Assembly (NCBI GenBank): GCA_963714095.1
Contig: OY970230.1
Location: forward strand, 831,907 to 895,906
Length of the DNA: 64,000 nt
Reading direction: 5' to 3'
Source of the DNA: Candidatus Gottesmanbacteria bacterium
GTDB taxonomy: Bacteria > Patescibacteriota > Microgenomatia > UBA10105 > UBA927
The position numbers were made by a program, and so were the translations under genes. The notes beneath the pieces are model-generated. The model did no database searches and was not told the DNA's origin. It saw only the letters and a program-made list of their open reading frames with translations. How positions within the stretch are numbered: position 1 is the stretch's first letter; every line of letters begins with the position of its first letter. Positions 20,216 to 43,488 of the stretch are shown here, one piece after another.

Positions 20216-21406
20216 ATGGCCAACGGAGCGCGTCCGCGCGTGCTATTTTTTTACGACTTTCCCCTCCACGGCGGCGGATCCGGCGCTTATGTCAAATACC
20301 TCATGCTGCGCCTCACCGAGGCATATCACTACGAACTTGGTATTGTCCGGCCGGATACAGAAATCATTCATCCCTCTATTGCACATTTCGAACTGAAATT
20401 GCCCCAGATTCCCGTCTACGTGGGCCGGCCGGGACTGGAGACTGCAAAAAAATACAGTGAGCTTACCGACCGGGAAATCGCGGCGCTCTACGCGGCAAAT
20501 ATAGACGGATTATCCCGGGCAATTGAAGCATTTCAACCGAATATCATCCATGTGCACCATGTCATGATTAATTCCTGGGCCGCCCGGTACGCCCGCTCCA
20601 TTTACGGGAAGCGGATCATCCTTACGTCCCACGGGTCGTGTCTTGCCGCCATTGCCAAAGACCGCCGGTATGTGCGTATGACACGCGATGCCCTCCGTGC
20701 TGCGCAGGCGATTACTGTAGTGTCCGGCGACACGCGGGCAAAATTACTGCGGATGTTCGGGGGTGATTTATCCGCTAAAACCCGTACGATTCCCGGTGGG
20801 ATCCGTCTTTCTCTTTTCCCATCCAAACGGCCAAAAGTCGCTGAACTTCGCAAAAAATTAAACCTCGAAGGTCAGAAAGTAGCACTCTTTACCGGTCGAC
20901 TGATAACGGAGAAAGGTATCGAGTATTTCGTCAAAGCCGCTAAAAATATTCATGGGCATATCATTATTGCCGGAGACGGACCGCAGCGTCAACATTTGGA
21001 AGATATGGTAAAGCGGTTAAATGTCACGAACGTTATCATGCTCCCTTTTGTCCGTGCGTATGAAGAATATCTGGATTTATTTTATTTGGCAGACGTTTTC
21101 GTTTCGCCGGCGGTCTGGGATGAGCCGTTGGGTTTGACGATTATCGAGGCAATGGGCGCCAAAACCCCTCCTATCGTGACGCGCCGCGGCGGGGTTGTGA
21201 TGGCAGTCAAAGACGGAGTAACCGGTTTATTTGTGAGGAGCAGAAATAGCACCGAGATTGCAGCGGCCGTCAATAAATTGTTTGCCAACGATGAACTCCG
21301 GGCAAAAATGGGTGAGCGCGGGCATGCGCTTGTGGCAGAGAAGTTTACCTGGACCAAAATTGCAGAGCGTTTTGACAAGCTGTATCAGGATGTCTATAGA
21401 AGATAA
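20216..21406 (+). CDS. Glycosyltransferase family 4 (GT-B, group 1).
   Basis: The C-terminal domain carries the E-x7-E region (SPAVWDEPLGLTIIEAMGAKTPPIVT). Confidence 0.7.
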   Translation: MANGARPRVLFFYDFPLHGGGSGAYVKYLMLRLTEAYHYELGIVRPDTEIIHPSIAHFELKLPQIPVYVGRPGLETAKKYSELTDREIAALYAANIDGLSRAIEAFQPNIIHVHHVMINSWAARYARSIYGKRIILTSHGSCLAAIAKDRRYVRMTRDALRAAQAITVVSGDTRAKLLRMFGGDLSAKTRTIPGGIRLSLFPSKRPKVAELRKKLNLEGQKVALFTGRLITEKGIEYFVKAAKNIHGHIIIAGDGPQRQHLEDMVKRLNVTNVIMLPFVRAYEEYLDLFYLADVFVSPAVWDEPLGLTIIEAMGAKTPPIVTRRGGVVMAVKDGVTGLFVRSRNSTEIAAAVNKLFANDELRAKMGERGHALVAEKFTWTKIAERFDKLYQDVYRR

Positions 21407-21407
21407 T

Positions 21408-22565
21408 ATGCGCATTGGTATTCTTACCCCGTCTATTTATATGGATGCCGCCCATCACGGCGGTAGAATATTTGCCCCCGGAGATCTGGTACGTCATCTT
21501 GTCGCCGGATTAGTTGCAAAAGGGAACTCCGTTCATTGGTTTAGTGCTCCTGAAGATTCTTTCGGTTCGACACTGACTTCGGGTGACACGTCACTCCTTA
21601 AAAACAATCTGAAGATCCGCGTATTTCAGGATATATCAGCGGAAATTTTGGATAAAATGTCCCTGTACGGGACGAAAATGTATTATGAGCTTGATTTGGT
21701 GAGCCGGGCATATGCCATAGCGCAAAAAGAAAACATTGATGTTATTCACAACTTTCATTCGTTTGGGTACTTTGCCCATTTTTTTCAGGAATTCACCGGA
21801 GTACCGACCCTCTATACTCTTCATGATCCGGTGCCGACCCCCGATATGCTCGAGTATTGGCTGTTTACCCGATTTCCGACGCATAAATATATTTCCATCA
21901 GCAACAGCCAGCGGGGCAACCTTGGCGATCATTTTATTGATACCGTTTATAACGGAATAGATCAAAATAAGTTCCCGTTTGACGCAAAAGGAGGCGAAGG
22001 TCTTGTAGCTGTGGGACGTATGGTGGCAGTCAAAGGACACGATATAGCCATTGCTGCGGCTAAAGAAGCGGGCATGCCGCTTTCATTTGCGACTTGGATG
22101 AATGATGCAGTCGCGCAGTCTCCGTATTATAAAGAGAAAATTGAGCCGTTTGTAGATGGGAAAAATATAGTAGTTAATAGTTTGATGCAGGGAACAAATC
22201 TTGCATCAGCATATCAACAGGCAAAGGCGCTCGTGTTCCCGATTCAATGGGAAGAGCCGTTCGGACTCGTGATGATTGAATCCATGAGCTGCGGCACGCC
22301 GGTTATCGCCTACAACCGCGGATCGGTTGCTGAAATAGTCGCGGACGGCGTCACGGGTTTCATCATCGACCCCGATGACACTAACCGGCCGGGGAAGGGG
22401 ACGTGGGTGATTAAAAAACAGGGAATTGAAGGACTTGTGGAGGCAATTAAGCGGATTGGAGAGATCGACCGCGCCGCATGCCGTAGGCATGTGGAGGAGA
22501 AGTTTACGATAGAGAAAATGGTGGAGGGGTACGAAAACGTTTATAGAAAAGTTATTGGAAAATAA
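21408..22565 (+). CDS. Glycosyltransferase family 4.
   Basis: The start is taken at MRIGILTP. The motif EPFGLVMIESMSCGTPVIA is present. The ATG overlaps the upstream GT4 stop region. Confidence 0.7.
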   Translation: MRIGILTPSIYMDAAHHGGRIFAPGDLVRHLVAGLVAKGNSVHWFSAPEDSFGSTLTSGDTSLLKNNLKIRVFQDISAEILDKMSLYGTKMYYELDLVSRAYAIAQKENIDVIHNFHSFGYFAHFFQEFTGVPTLYTLHDPVPTPDMLEYWLFTRFPTHKYISISNSQRGNLGDHFIDTVYNGIDQNKFPFDAKGGEGLVAVGRMVAVKGHDIAIAAAKEAGMPLSFATWMNDAVAQSPYYKEKIEPFVDGKNIVVNSLMQGTNLASAYQQAKALVFPIQWEEPFGLVMIESMSCGTPVIAYNRGSVAEIVADGVTGFIIDPDDTNRPGKGTWVIKKQGIEGLVEAIKRIGEIDRAACRRHVEEKFTIEKMVEGYENVYRKVIGK

Positions 22566-22673
22566 TATATTTTCTTGTTCCAACAACCCAAGTAACTTGG
22601 TCTAGCGCTCGTTAGTATAGACTGCTAAATTATTGCTTCTATAATTATTTTTCCGTTCGTGTATCATTAAAGT

Positions 22674-24104
22674 ATGCGCGTACTTTTTGTCACCAGCGAA
22701 ATATCCGGTCTCTATAAACTCGGCGGATTAGGGGATGTAAGTCGGTCGCTACCGGTCGCATTGAAGAAATTACGGGTCGATGTACGTGTGGTGATGCCGT
22801 ACTACAAAGCGATAGAATTAAAGACGGTGCATTGTGTCGGGCAAATCGCTGTTGATTTTGATGGGAAGCGGGAGCTGGTGTTTATTTTCGAATCGAAAAT
22901 TCCGGATACGTTAGTGCCGTTGTATCTTTTCCGGCATCCAAAACTCAACGAATATCATGAGGGAGATATCGTAGCGAAATTTGCATTTTTTTCCTGTTGT
23001 ATCGGCAGGTTATATGAATGTGCCCCCGCCGTTTTGGGCGGAAAACCCGATATCGTTCACTGCCATGATTGGCACACTGCCCTTGTTCCTTTACTCCTGG
23101 GAGAAAGCAATAAACTTCGCCGCGAATCCGAGACGCTTGATTCCATACGGACCAAAACGGTCCTAACTATTCACAACCTTTTATATCAGGGAGGAGCTCC
23201 TGCGTCTCTTATCAAAACACTGAATCTTCCGAAAAGCATGTTTCACATATTGCTCACGAAAAAAGGCCCGACGATTAAACTCCTCCGCGAAGGGCTGGAG
23301 CATGCGGATATTATTTCGACGGTTTCCCCGACGTATGCGAAAGAGATATTAACCGGTGATTACGGAGAGCACGTCAACGAGGTTCTTCATAGACGCCGGG
23401 GTGATGTCGTAGGCATCGTCAATGGTATTGATGATGACACATGGGATCCCGGAGATGATGCCGCGTTGCCGGTTCATTACGGCCGCGATGATGTATTTTC
23501 CGGTAAACAGGCAAATAAAGAATATCTTCAGAGGACACTACGATTGCCGGTTGCAAAAATGCCGATGGTGGGTTTTGTAGGGCGCCTTGAGGTGCGCCAG
23601 AAGGGGATAGATATTCTTATTGCGGCCATCACGCGCCTGTTGCCGGACGGGGTACAGGTGATTATTCTGGGTATGGGCCCGAAAAAGATTAAACAGACGC
23701 TTGTTGCAGTTGCTCAAAAGCATCCGGACCATTTTGTGTTTGTGCCGACGTTTGATGAACGCTTAGCCCGCCGGATTTATGCGGGGGCTGACATGCTGGT
23801 CGTGCCGTCGAAATTTGAGCCCTGCGGTCTCACTCAGATGATAGCTATGCGATATGGTACGATACCTATTGTTCGTAAAACCGGAGGACTTGCAGATACC
23901 GTCACGGACGGAAAAACAGGATTTGTGTTTAAGGAGTATAACGAGTCGGCGCTTCTTGCAAAAATGAAGGAAGCTATTGCTCTTTGGAATACCAATCCGA
24001 ACAAATGGCAGCGGATGGCAATTCGGTGCATGCGGGAGGATTTTTCGTGGTTGATGAGCGCTAAAAAGTACAAAGCGCTGTATAAAAGACTACTGAAGCA
24101 GTAG
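22674..24104 (+). CDS. glgA: Glycogen/starch synthase-like GT5 glycosyltransferase.
   Basis: MRVLFVTSEISGLYKLGGLGDV carries the K-x-GGL motif. The length is 476 aa. Confidence 0.65.
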   Translation: MRVLFVTSEISGLYKLGGLGDVSRSLPVALKKLRVDVRVVMPYYKAIELKTVHCVGQIAVDFDGKRELVFIFESKIPDTLVPLYLFRHPKLNEYHEGDIVAKFAFFSCCIGRLYECAPAVLGGKPDIVHCHDWHTALVPLLLGESNKLRRESETLDSIRTKTVLTIHNLLYQGGAPASLIKTLNLPKSMFHILLTKKGPTIKLLREGLEHADIISTVSPTYAKEILTGDYGEHVNEVLHRRRGDVVGIVNGIDDDTWDPGDDAALPVHYGRDDVFSGKQANKEYLQRTLRLPVAKMPMVGFVGRLEVRQKGIDILIAAITRLLPDGVQVIILGMGPKKIKQTLVAVAQKHPDHFVFVPTFDERLARRIYAGADMLVVPSKFEPCGLTQMIAMRYGTIPIVRKTGGLADTVTDGKTGFVFKEYNESALLAKMKEAIALWNTNPNKWQRMAIRCMREDFSWLMSAKKYKALYKRLLKQ

Positions 24105-24107
24105 TCT

Positions 24108-25058
24108 TTATATCTTCGTATAATACACGGCTCTTCCTTTCCCGTGAGGGTACAGAAGCCCCAGTGATGTGAGCTTGGCAAGATCGCGCGATGCGGTGAT
24201 TTGGGATACTTTAAACCGTTTATGCACCTCCCGGTTGGTCATGGAGGTGTCCGGCTTATCCATCAGTTTTACTATTTCTTTTTGCCGCTCTGAGAGTTCC
24301 CAAAATGAGGTAGGGTATTCAATATGGGACCGGGACTCCTGAATGTCGGCCAAAGTGGTTTCCAAATTGGTTTGCGTTGACTGGGCCACGTATTCAAGCC
24401 ACTGCGTGAGCGCTTGATCTTTTTGGTAGGCAGCTGTAAGCCGAGAGTATGTTTCTTTATCAGCTTGCCATACCCGCTCCGGTGTCACCCAGCCGCGGAT
24501 GTCAAAACCGTATTTGGAGAGGAACAGGTAATGGGCGAGTCTGGCAAATATTCCGGATTCGGCAATGTCCGGTGAGGCGAGAATATGCATATGGGCAATA
24601 CCGGCCTGGATGATGGGATGTTCTTCTTCGGCCGCAAGATACGAAAGAAGCTCCTTTAAAGAGGATTCAATGAGGCCGAACGATCGATTGTCATATGGAT
24701 ATGTGAGATGAAATAACGTTTCCAATGCCGAAATCCCGACCGGGCGGGGATTGGCACGCCACTCACTATGGATAAAGTCATAGGCATGCCTGAGTCCGAC
24801 AATTGTTGATATTGCGCGGGTTGGTTTTACGGGGTTGGCCAGAATTGTTGCGACTTCATGTTTCGGTACATCAAAGCCTGCAATGGATAATGTCGCCCAT
24901 GTACGTATTGCGGTGCCTTCCCAGGTAAGTTTTAATTCGTTTTTTTGGGGAATGGGCAAGATGAGTATCTGGGTTCTCAGACGGTTTACCGTATTGAGTG
25001 TTTCCCGCAATTGCAGTCCTATGGTGTAGGAGAAGGAAAGCATAGATTTTATCAGCAC
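24108..25058 (-). CDS. Fic/DOC-fold protein with a degenerate active-site motif and a C-terminal winged HTH.
   Basis: HPIIQAGIAHMHILASPDIAESGIFARLAHYLFL aligns to the Fic helix, but the catalytic HPFx[DE]GNGR motif is replaced by SPDIAESGIFAR. The C-terminal REVHKRFKVSQITASRDLAKLTSLGLL...KGRAVYYT is wHTH-like. Confidence 0.45.
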   Translation of the reverse strand: MLIKSMLSFSYTIGLQLRETLNTVNRLRTQILILPIPQKNELKLTWEGTAIRTWATLSIAGFDVPKHEVATILANPVKPTRAISTIVGLRHAYDFIHSEWRANPRPVGISALETLFHLTYPYDNRSFGLIESSLKELLSYLAAEEEHPIIQAGIAHMHILASPDIAESGIFARLAHYLFLSKYGFDIRGWVTPERVWQADKETYSRLTAAYQKDQALTQWLEYVAQSTQTNLETTLADIQESRSHIEYPTSFWELSERQKEIVKLMDKPDTSMTNREVHKRFKVSQITASRDLAKLTSLGLLYPHGKGRAVYYTKI

Positions 25059-25283
25059 TCCTTACTTATCACAATCATATCAAATCTGTCAATATTTTAC
25101 TAATTTTTATTCCGGATTTTTGTGACAATCTATTATTTAGACAGTGATAAGCAAATGATATGATTAAATACCCTATTGACAACAAGCCACTTTTTATTAC
25201 ATAGTAGATATAGTCTTGTGAAAACTTGTAACGCTTTTAGTAATAACTTGTAATAATTTGTAAAGAATAGGAAAAACGAGGCT

Positions 25284-38449
<13,166 letters not shown>

Positions 38450-38453
<4 letters not shown>

Positions 38454-38900
38454 TCGGAAAATCCATTGACGGGACAGCGGCAGTGACGACACTACTTGTC
38501 ACCCCGACGCCGTCAATCCTCGGGGATACGGTGGTGACGCCGTCGGCAACACTAACGCCGACGCTTCAGCCGACTTTGACGCCAATACTTACGCCGACTC
38601 CGACGGCAAGTCCGAGCCCGACCCTGAATCCAACCACGGCACCCAGTGCCCATCCCGACACCAACACCGATACAAACAGTGACACCCACTCCTACGCCTG
38701 CAGCAAGTACGGTGACGGTACTGACGAATGATTTGGGATATGTGAATGTCCGCGACGCACCAGCGGAAACAGGGAATTTAGTGGGCCGGATTCCTTCTGG
38801 CAATACGGTACCGTATGATGATCAAGAATACGGGTGGTATCACGTGACGTACAATACTATTGTCGGGTGGATTTCAGGAACGTATGTGCAGGTCAATTAG
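38450..38900 (+). CDS. Thr/Pro-rich linker plus bacterial SH3 (SH3b) domain protein. A frameshift falls in the low-complexity linker.
   Basis: The ATG overlaps the fibre gene's stop (ATGA). The linker TPTPSILGDTVVTPSATLTPTLQPTLTPILTPTPTASPSPT is followed by a switch to frame 3 near 38650-38700. The SH3b core is GYVNVRDAPAETGNLVGRIPSGNTVPYDDQEYGWYHVTYNTIVGWISGTYV. Confidence 0.5.
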
Positions 38901-38919
38901 GAGTTAGCTCAGGAGCTCG

Positions 38920-39649
38920 CTAAGAGCTCGTATTCTTGAGCCAGATCGTGTAATCCGCTCCGTCCACAACCCCGTCGCCGTTAAAGTCGCCGCTTGCCGG
39001 TCCGTTGAGAACGGTTTGTCCGAAGTGTGAAAGCCAGACATTGTAGTCCGTTTCATTCACAGACCCGTCACCGTTGGCATCGCCGGAAGGCGGAGTATTG
39101 GCAGTGCTGTAGTTTACCCGCAGAAATGTTGTCGTAGGATCAAGCTGTACGCCGGCATTGGTCATGCCCCCGTAAAACGTACTCTGTAAGTGTCACGTGA
39201 CGTCACTATATCGGGAGTAATTCCGCCAAGTACGCTCGGTTGGGTAAAGAGAATTTGCCAGCAGCCGACAGCGCCGGATTGTGCCGGAGGAGTGATTGCC
39301 GACGCTGATGCGATTGCCTGCGGATCGTCAGTCAAATAGATACAAGATTCACCCCCCGTCAGACTTGAGGGGTTGTTGCGACGGAGAGTGGAGTTCCGGT
39401 CATAAGCACCTCATCAGTCACCGTGCTGTTTTTGGGGATGGATGCAATTCCGGAAAAATTTATCGTAAATAATACTACATGACTCCCTGTGGAAAAAAGG
39501 CCGACATGTGAGTCTCCCATGGTATGGTTGCCGTACGGCAGATCATTGGTGTAACTGGCAAACTGGGAAACGGGAAGGTCGATGTAGGCAGCCTTAACCG
39601 GTGCAGCAATGAACAATACGGCCCCGAAAAGAAGCAGTACACGCTTCAT
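38920..39649 (-). CDS. Secreted protein with a C-terminal dockerin-type repeat pair, interrupted by two frame changes.
   Basis: A signal peptide MKRVLLLFGAVLFIAAPVKA is present. The middle segment is open in another frame (SCIYLTDDPQAIASASAITPPAQSGAVGCWQILFTQPSVLGG). The C-terminal GDANGDGSVNETDYNVW...GDFNGDGVVDGADYTIW is a pair of dockerin-like Ca-binding repeats. Confidence 0.5.
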
Positions 39650-39687
39650 AGTTCCATGATACACAATTTGCGGTATACTTCCAAGTA

Positions 39688-41845
39688 ATGAAGAAATTTT
39701 TTCCGTGGATACTTGCCGGAATATTTTTCGTGGTAGGTGTTGCGACACTCAAAGATTACGGCATGAATTGGGATGAGCCGGCGCGGCTCCTGCGGGGTCA
39801 GGCGTTCCTCCGTTTTTTTTAACGGGGAGGGGGACGGCGAATCTGCCCGACCGGACGCCCCCGAACCTTATACGCCCGTATGAATTCGTGACCCGCTACA
39901 ATTTTTCAGCGTCCGAGCGGCAGACGATGGCGACATTGCCCCCGATGCCGCGTCCGCAGGCTGAATTTGCGGCCATCGTTACGAAATTTGGCCGCAGGTT
40001 TAGATTTTTACCAGCACGACGCGTGGTCCGCCTACTTTATGAAGTACGACCCGTTTGAAACCGGCCACCTGCCTTTGCCGGAACTGTCAGGGTCGATGAC
40101 GAAACCGCGTGTTATATCAGGCATGGGGTATTGCGGGCGATATCGAGAGAGCTATGGCGTCCCGTACGTGTTGCTTGCGGGAGCGGGAGTTTTTGTCGTT
40201 TCCGCTTTTGCAATTGACGCGACGGGATCGTGGTTTGCGGGACTGGTTGCCGGTCTTTCGCTGGCACTTTTTCCCGTATTTTTTGCCGAAGCGCATTTTA
40301 ATATGAAAGATCCGGCAGTTGCGGCGCTTTTTGCCGGATGCGTGTGGATGTTCTGGCGGTGGGTGCGTGAAAATAAACTCACCTATTTTTTCGGGTTTGT
40401 TGTATTTTTCGCGTTGTCGCTGGGCGTCAAATGGAATGCCGTATTTTTACCCTTTATTTTTGGTCCGTGGCTCTTGAGCATACGGAAAACCGCTGAATTT
40501 AGGCGTTGGTACCGGCCAAAAAAATCTCTTGTTGCTTTTTTGTGTGCCGCCGGCGCGTGTGTAATCTTTATGCTCGGTATCTGGCCTGTTTCGTGGGGAA
40601 GGCCACTTGTGGCTTTGTGGGACCTGGTTCAATATTACTGGGGGATCGGAACCGGTAGTAGCGGTGTCCAGCCGGCAGGTTTTATTTTTCCTCCCGTGGT
40701 AGGCGTCAACTTTTACCCATTTCTCTTATTTTTGGCACAGACGCCTGAAGTGTTGCTTTTTCTTTCGGCCGTAGGCTACGGTTGCGATTGTACGCGCTGC
40801 GGCGGGGAAAACCCTCCGTACGGGATATTTAGTTCTGATATGGTTTATAGTTCCTGTTATCCGGTATAGTTTCCCGTATACCCAGGCCTACGGCGGATGG
40901 CGGCAGATGATGGAAATAGTCCCGGCCATTGCGTTACTTTCCGGCATCGGCGCGGACTATCTGATGCGGAAAACACATGGAAAGATGAAGTACTTTATAG
41001 AAGGAATACTATTAATAGCTTCCATTATACTTATACGCTCTTTAATACGTTTACATCCGAATGAAAATACCTATTTTAATACATTTGTCGGCGGCATCAG
41101 CGGAGCGCAGTCGAAAAATCTCATCGACCCGTTTTTAACCGACGGCAACGTCTATAAACAAGGGGCACTGTGGCTCAATTCGTACGCTGAGAAAGATGCG
41201 CGGGTGGCCATTCTGGACGGCAGGACGTTTGCATTGTCGCCGCTCTACCTGCGGCCGGATATTTCCGTATCGCCGTTTCACTTCAGCGGGTTTGACCGGA
41301 AAGGGGAGTATATTTTCGTAACCCCCATCAATACCATCCACGGGACGGCGAATTTCAGTTACCGGTATGTCCGGGATTTTCTCACGCCGGTTCACGAAAT
41401 TACCGTCGGCAATGTGCCGATTTTGTTGATATATAAAAATGATGAGGCTCACCTGCGGACCGGAATGGCGCAGGAAACGGTTATACGTCCCGTGGCGCAA
41501 ACGTATTATTCAACCCGCGAAGGGGAGTATCTGGAACTGGATTTCCCCGAAGACATCCGGGTGACGAGAATTGATATTCTGCCGACGAATCACCTGTGTA
41601 ACCGGCAGGAGCAATTTTCGACGTACAACAATATTGTCAAGTTTATCCCGTCCTCACCCGGCAAACAATTCGATCCCGTTGATCACACCTACGCCACTGC
41701 GGAAAAACGTCTGACCGCAGACGGCACGTTGGAGTACCTGTATCCGGGTGAATTGGCCCGTTCTGTGAAGATTATTGCCACGACACCCTATTCATGTTTT
41801 ATCGGGGCCAAAGTGACGGCAGTGTGGGAGCTTGCCAATAAATGA
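39688..41845 (+). CDS. GT-C membrane glycosyltransferase (PMT/ArnT-like, GT39/GT83-type), interrupted by at least 3 frameshifts.
   Basis: The N-terminus MKKFFPWILAGIFFVVGVATLKDYGMNWDEPARLL carries the DE loop motif. A stop follows a T8 homopolymer at about 39820. The protein continues in ORFs 39967..40869 and 40907..41845 (TM helices plus a periplasmic C-terminal domain). Confidence 0.5.
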
Positions 41846-43488
41846 AAACGAAGCGCGTTCTCTGGATCGGTATTATTTCTTCAATTATATTTTCAGGGAT
41901 ATTCCTGCGGACGCTGTATCTGACTTTTGATAAACCGCTGCGTGCCGCGGATGACGAAGCGTATTATTATTTTTTATTTGATAACAACTTTACCAAGCTT
42001 GCGGAGGGAGACATCGGGCATCTATTTGATACTCGCATGTTTTATCCACTGAAGAATACGCTTGCCTTCGGCAACAGCGTCTTGGGTCCGAGCATCCTCG
42101 GGCTCCCCGTGTACATGGTAACCCGCAATGTCATCATATCGGCAAATGCAGTACGGATCGCGGATTTTTTGCTTTCCTTTTTCTTTCTGTATCTCGTTGC
42201 GTATTCGCTGACGGGGGACATATGGGGGGCATTTATCGCTGGGCTTATTTATACATACAATCCGTACATGATGTCGCGGTGGCATCAGGATCTTGTGGCA
42301 TTCCAGTGGGTGCCCCTGATTTTTTTGGCAACGGAAAAGCTCCTGAAACGTATACGGTGGCGCTGGACTATCGTTTTGGTAGCGGCTTTTCTTCTGCAGT
42401 TTATCACTTCTTTTTACTATTTTTTCTTTCTGGCGATTCTCTGGCCCGTGTATACCGTTATCCGGATGTGTCAGATAAAAGTTTCTTTAAGGAACTATAT
42501 GACGCCCGTTGTGTGGTTACCGGCAGTCGTACTCATCTTCTTTATGGGTGTGTATATCCGTCCGTACCTTGCGATGCAGAAAATGTACCATCTCGCGAGA
42601 GGTGCGGAAATTCAGACCTATGCCGCAGGCTTGACTGATTTTTTTCTGGCACCACCGGAAAATCTGACGTACGGGAAGTTCAACACGATGGCACACCCTT
42701 ACGAACATAGTTTATTCCCGGGAATTACTGTTTTTGTCTTTGTGATTGCCGGTTTCTGGCTTTTCCTGCGCAGGAAGTTTTCTGCTCGGGACAGGCCGCA
42801 CGTGGTGGCGTATATGACGATTCTGGTCCTTGCAGTGGTCTGTACGACAGGCCCGGTGTACGGGTTGTTGTACGGGTTGCCTGGAGGTGAAACGCTCCGC
42901 GTGCCGACGCGGTTTATGGTGATTGTTTTGTTTGCTTCGTCAATACTTGCCGCGTATGTGTGGAAATCAGTCGGAAAATTCCGGTTCCGTCGATTGCTGT
43001 TCATATTCGTCATCGCCGCTCTCTGTTTTGAGTACCGCTACGATTTCGGTCGACCCATGGCCGTTCCCCAACCCGTACAGCAGTTTTACCGGACGCTTAA
43101 CGGGCGTAAAGACGTCCATGTACTTTTGGAATTACCCATGGGGAACGGCTATTCCACGCAGAACCCTGTACTTGACCGTGACTTTATGGCAGATTCGAAA
43201 TATCTCCTCTTCGCCCTGTATCACAACAAAATACTCCTGAACGGATATAGCGGATTTATTCCGCCGGACTGGTTTCTTCTGGGACGCACGCTGGCGCTGG
43301 ATTTTCCCACGAAAGAAAAAATTATCCAGCTCGAGCATATCGGCGTTGACACGGTCGTTGTCCATCTTGACGAATATGCGGATGTCCGGATCGGCGCAAA
43401 AGTGCTTAGTGGGTTGCGTTCGATCGGGCTTACCGAAATCGGACACACGAAGGAAATCTTCGCGTTTCGCCTTACTCTTTCACTTTGA
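41842..43488 (+). CDS. Polytopic membrane protein, GT-C-like glycosyltransferase.
   Basis: The protein is 548 aa. A first-loop motif TFDKPLRAADDEAYYYF is present. Many TM helices are predicted. The ATG overlaps the upstream stop. Confidence 0.5.
   Translation: MKTKRVLWIGIISSIIFSGIFLRTLYLTFDKPLRAADDEAYYYFLFDNNFTKLAEGDIGHLFDTRMFYPLKNTLAFGNSVLGPSILGLPVYMVTRNVIISANAVRIADFLLSFFFLYLVAYSLTGDIWGAFIAGLIYTYNPYMMSRWHQDLVAFQWVPLIFLATEKLLKRIRWRWTIVLVAAFLLQFITSFYYFFFLAILWPVYTVIRMCQIKVSLRNYMTPVVWLPAVVLIFFMGVYIRPYLAMQKMYHLARGAEIQTYAAGLTDFFLAPPENLTYGKFNTMAHPYEHSLFPGITVFVFVIAGFWLFLRRKFSARDRPHVVAYMTILVLAVVCTTGPVYGLLYGLPGGETLRVPTRFMVIVLFASSILAAYVWKSVGKFRFRRLLFIFVIAALCFEYRYDFGRPMAVPQPVQQFYRTLNGRKDVHVLLELPMGNGYSTQNPVLDRDFMADSKYLLFALYHNKILLNGYSGFIPPDWFLLGRTLALDFPTKEKIIQLEHIGVDTVVVHLDEYADVRIGAKVLSGLRSIGLTEIGHTKEIFAFRLTLSL

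Noticed and set aside
38905-38945. A GAGCTC-rich palindromic hairpin between the convergent SH3b and dockerin genes, considered as a possible terminator.
   Set aside because: No U-tract follows on either strand, so it was not called as a terminator.
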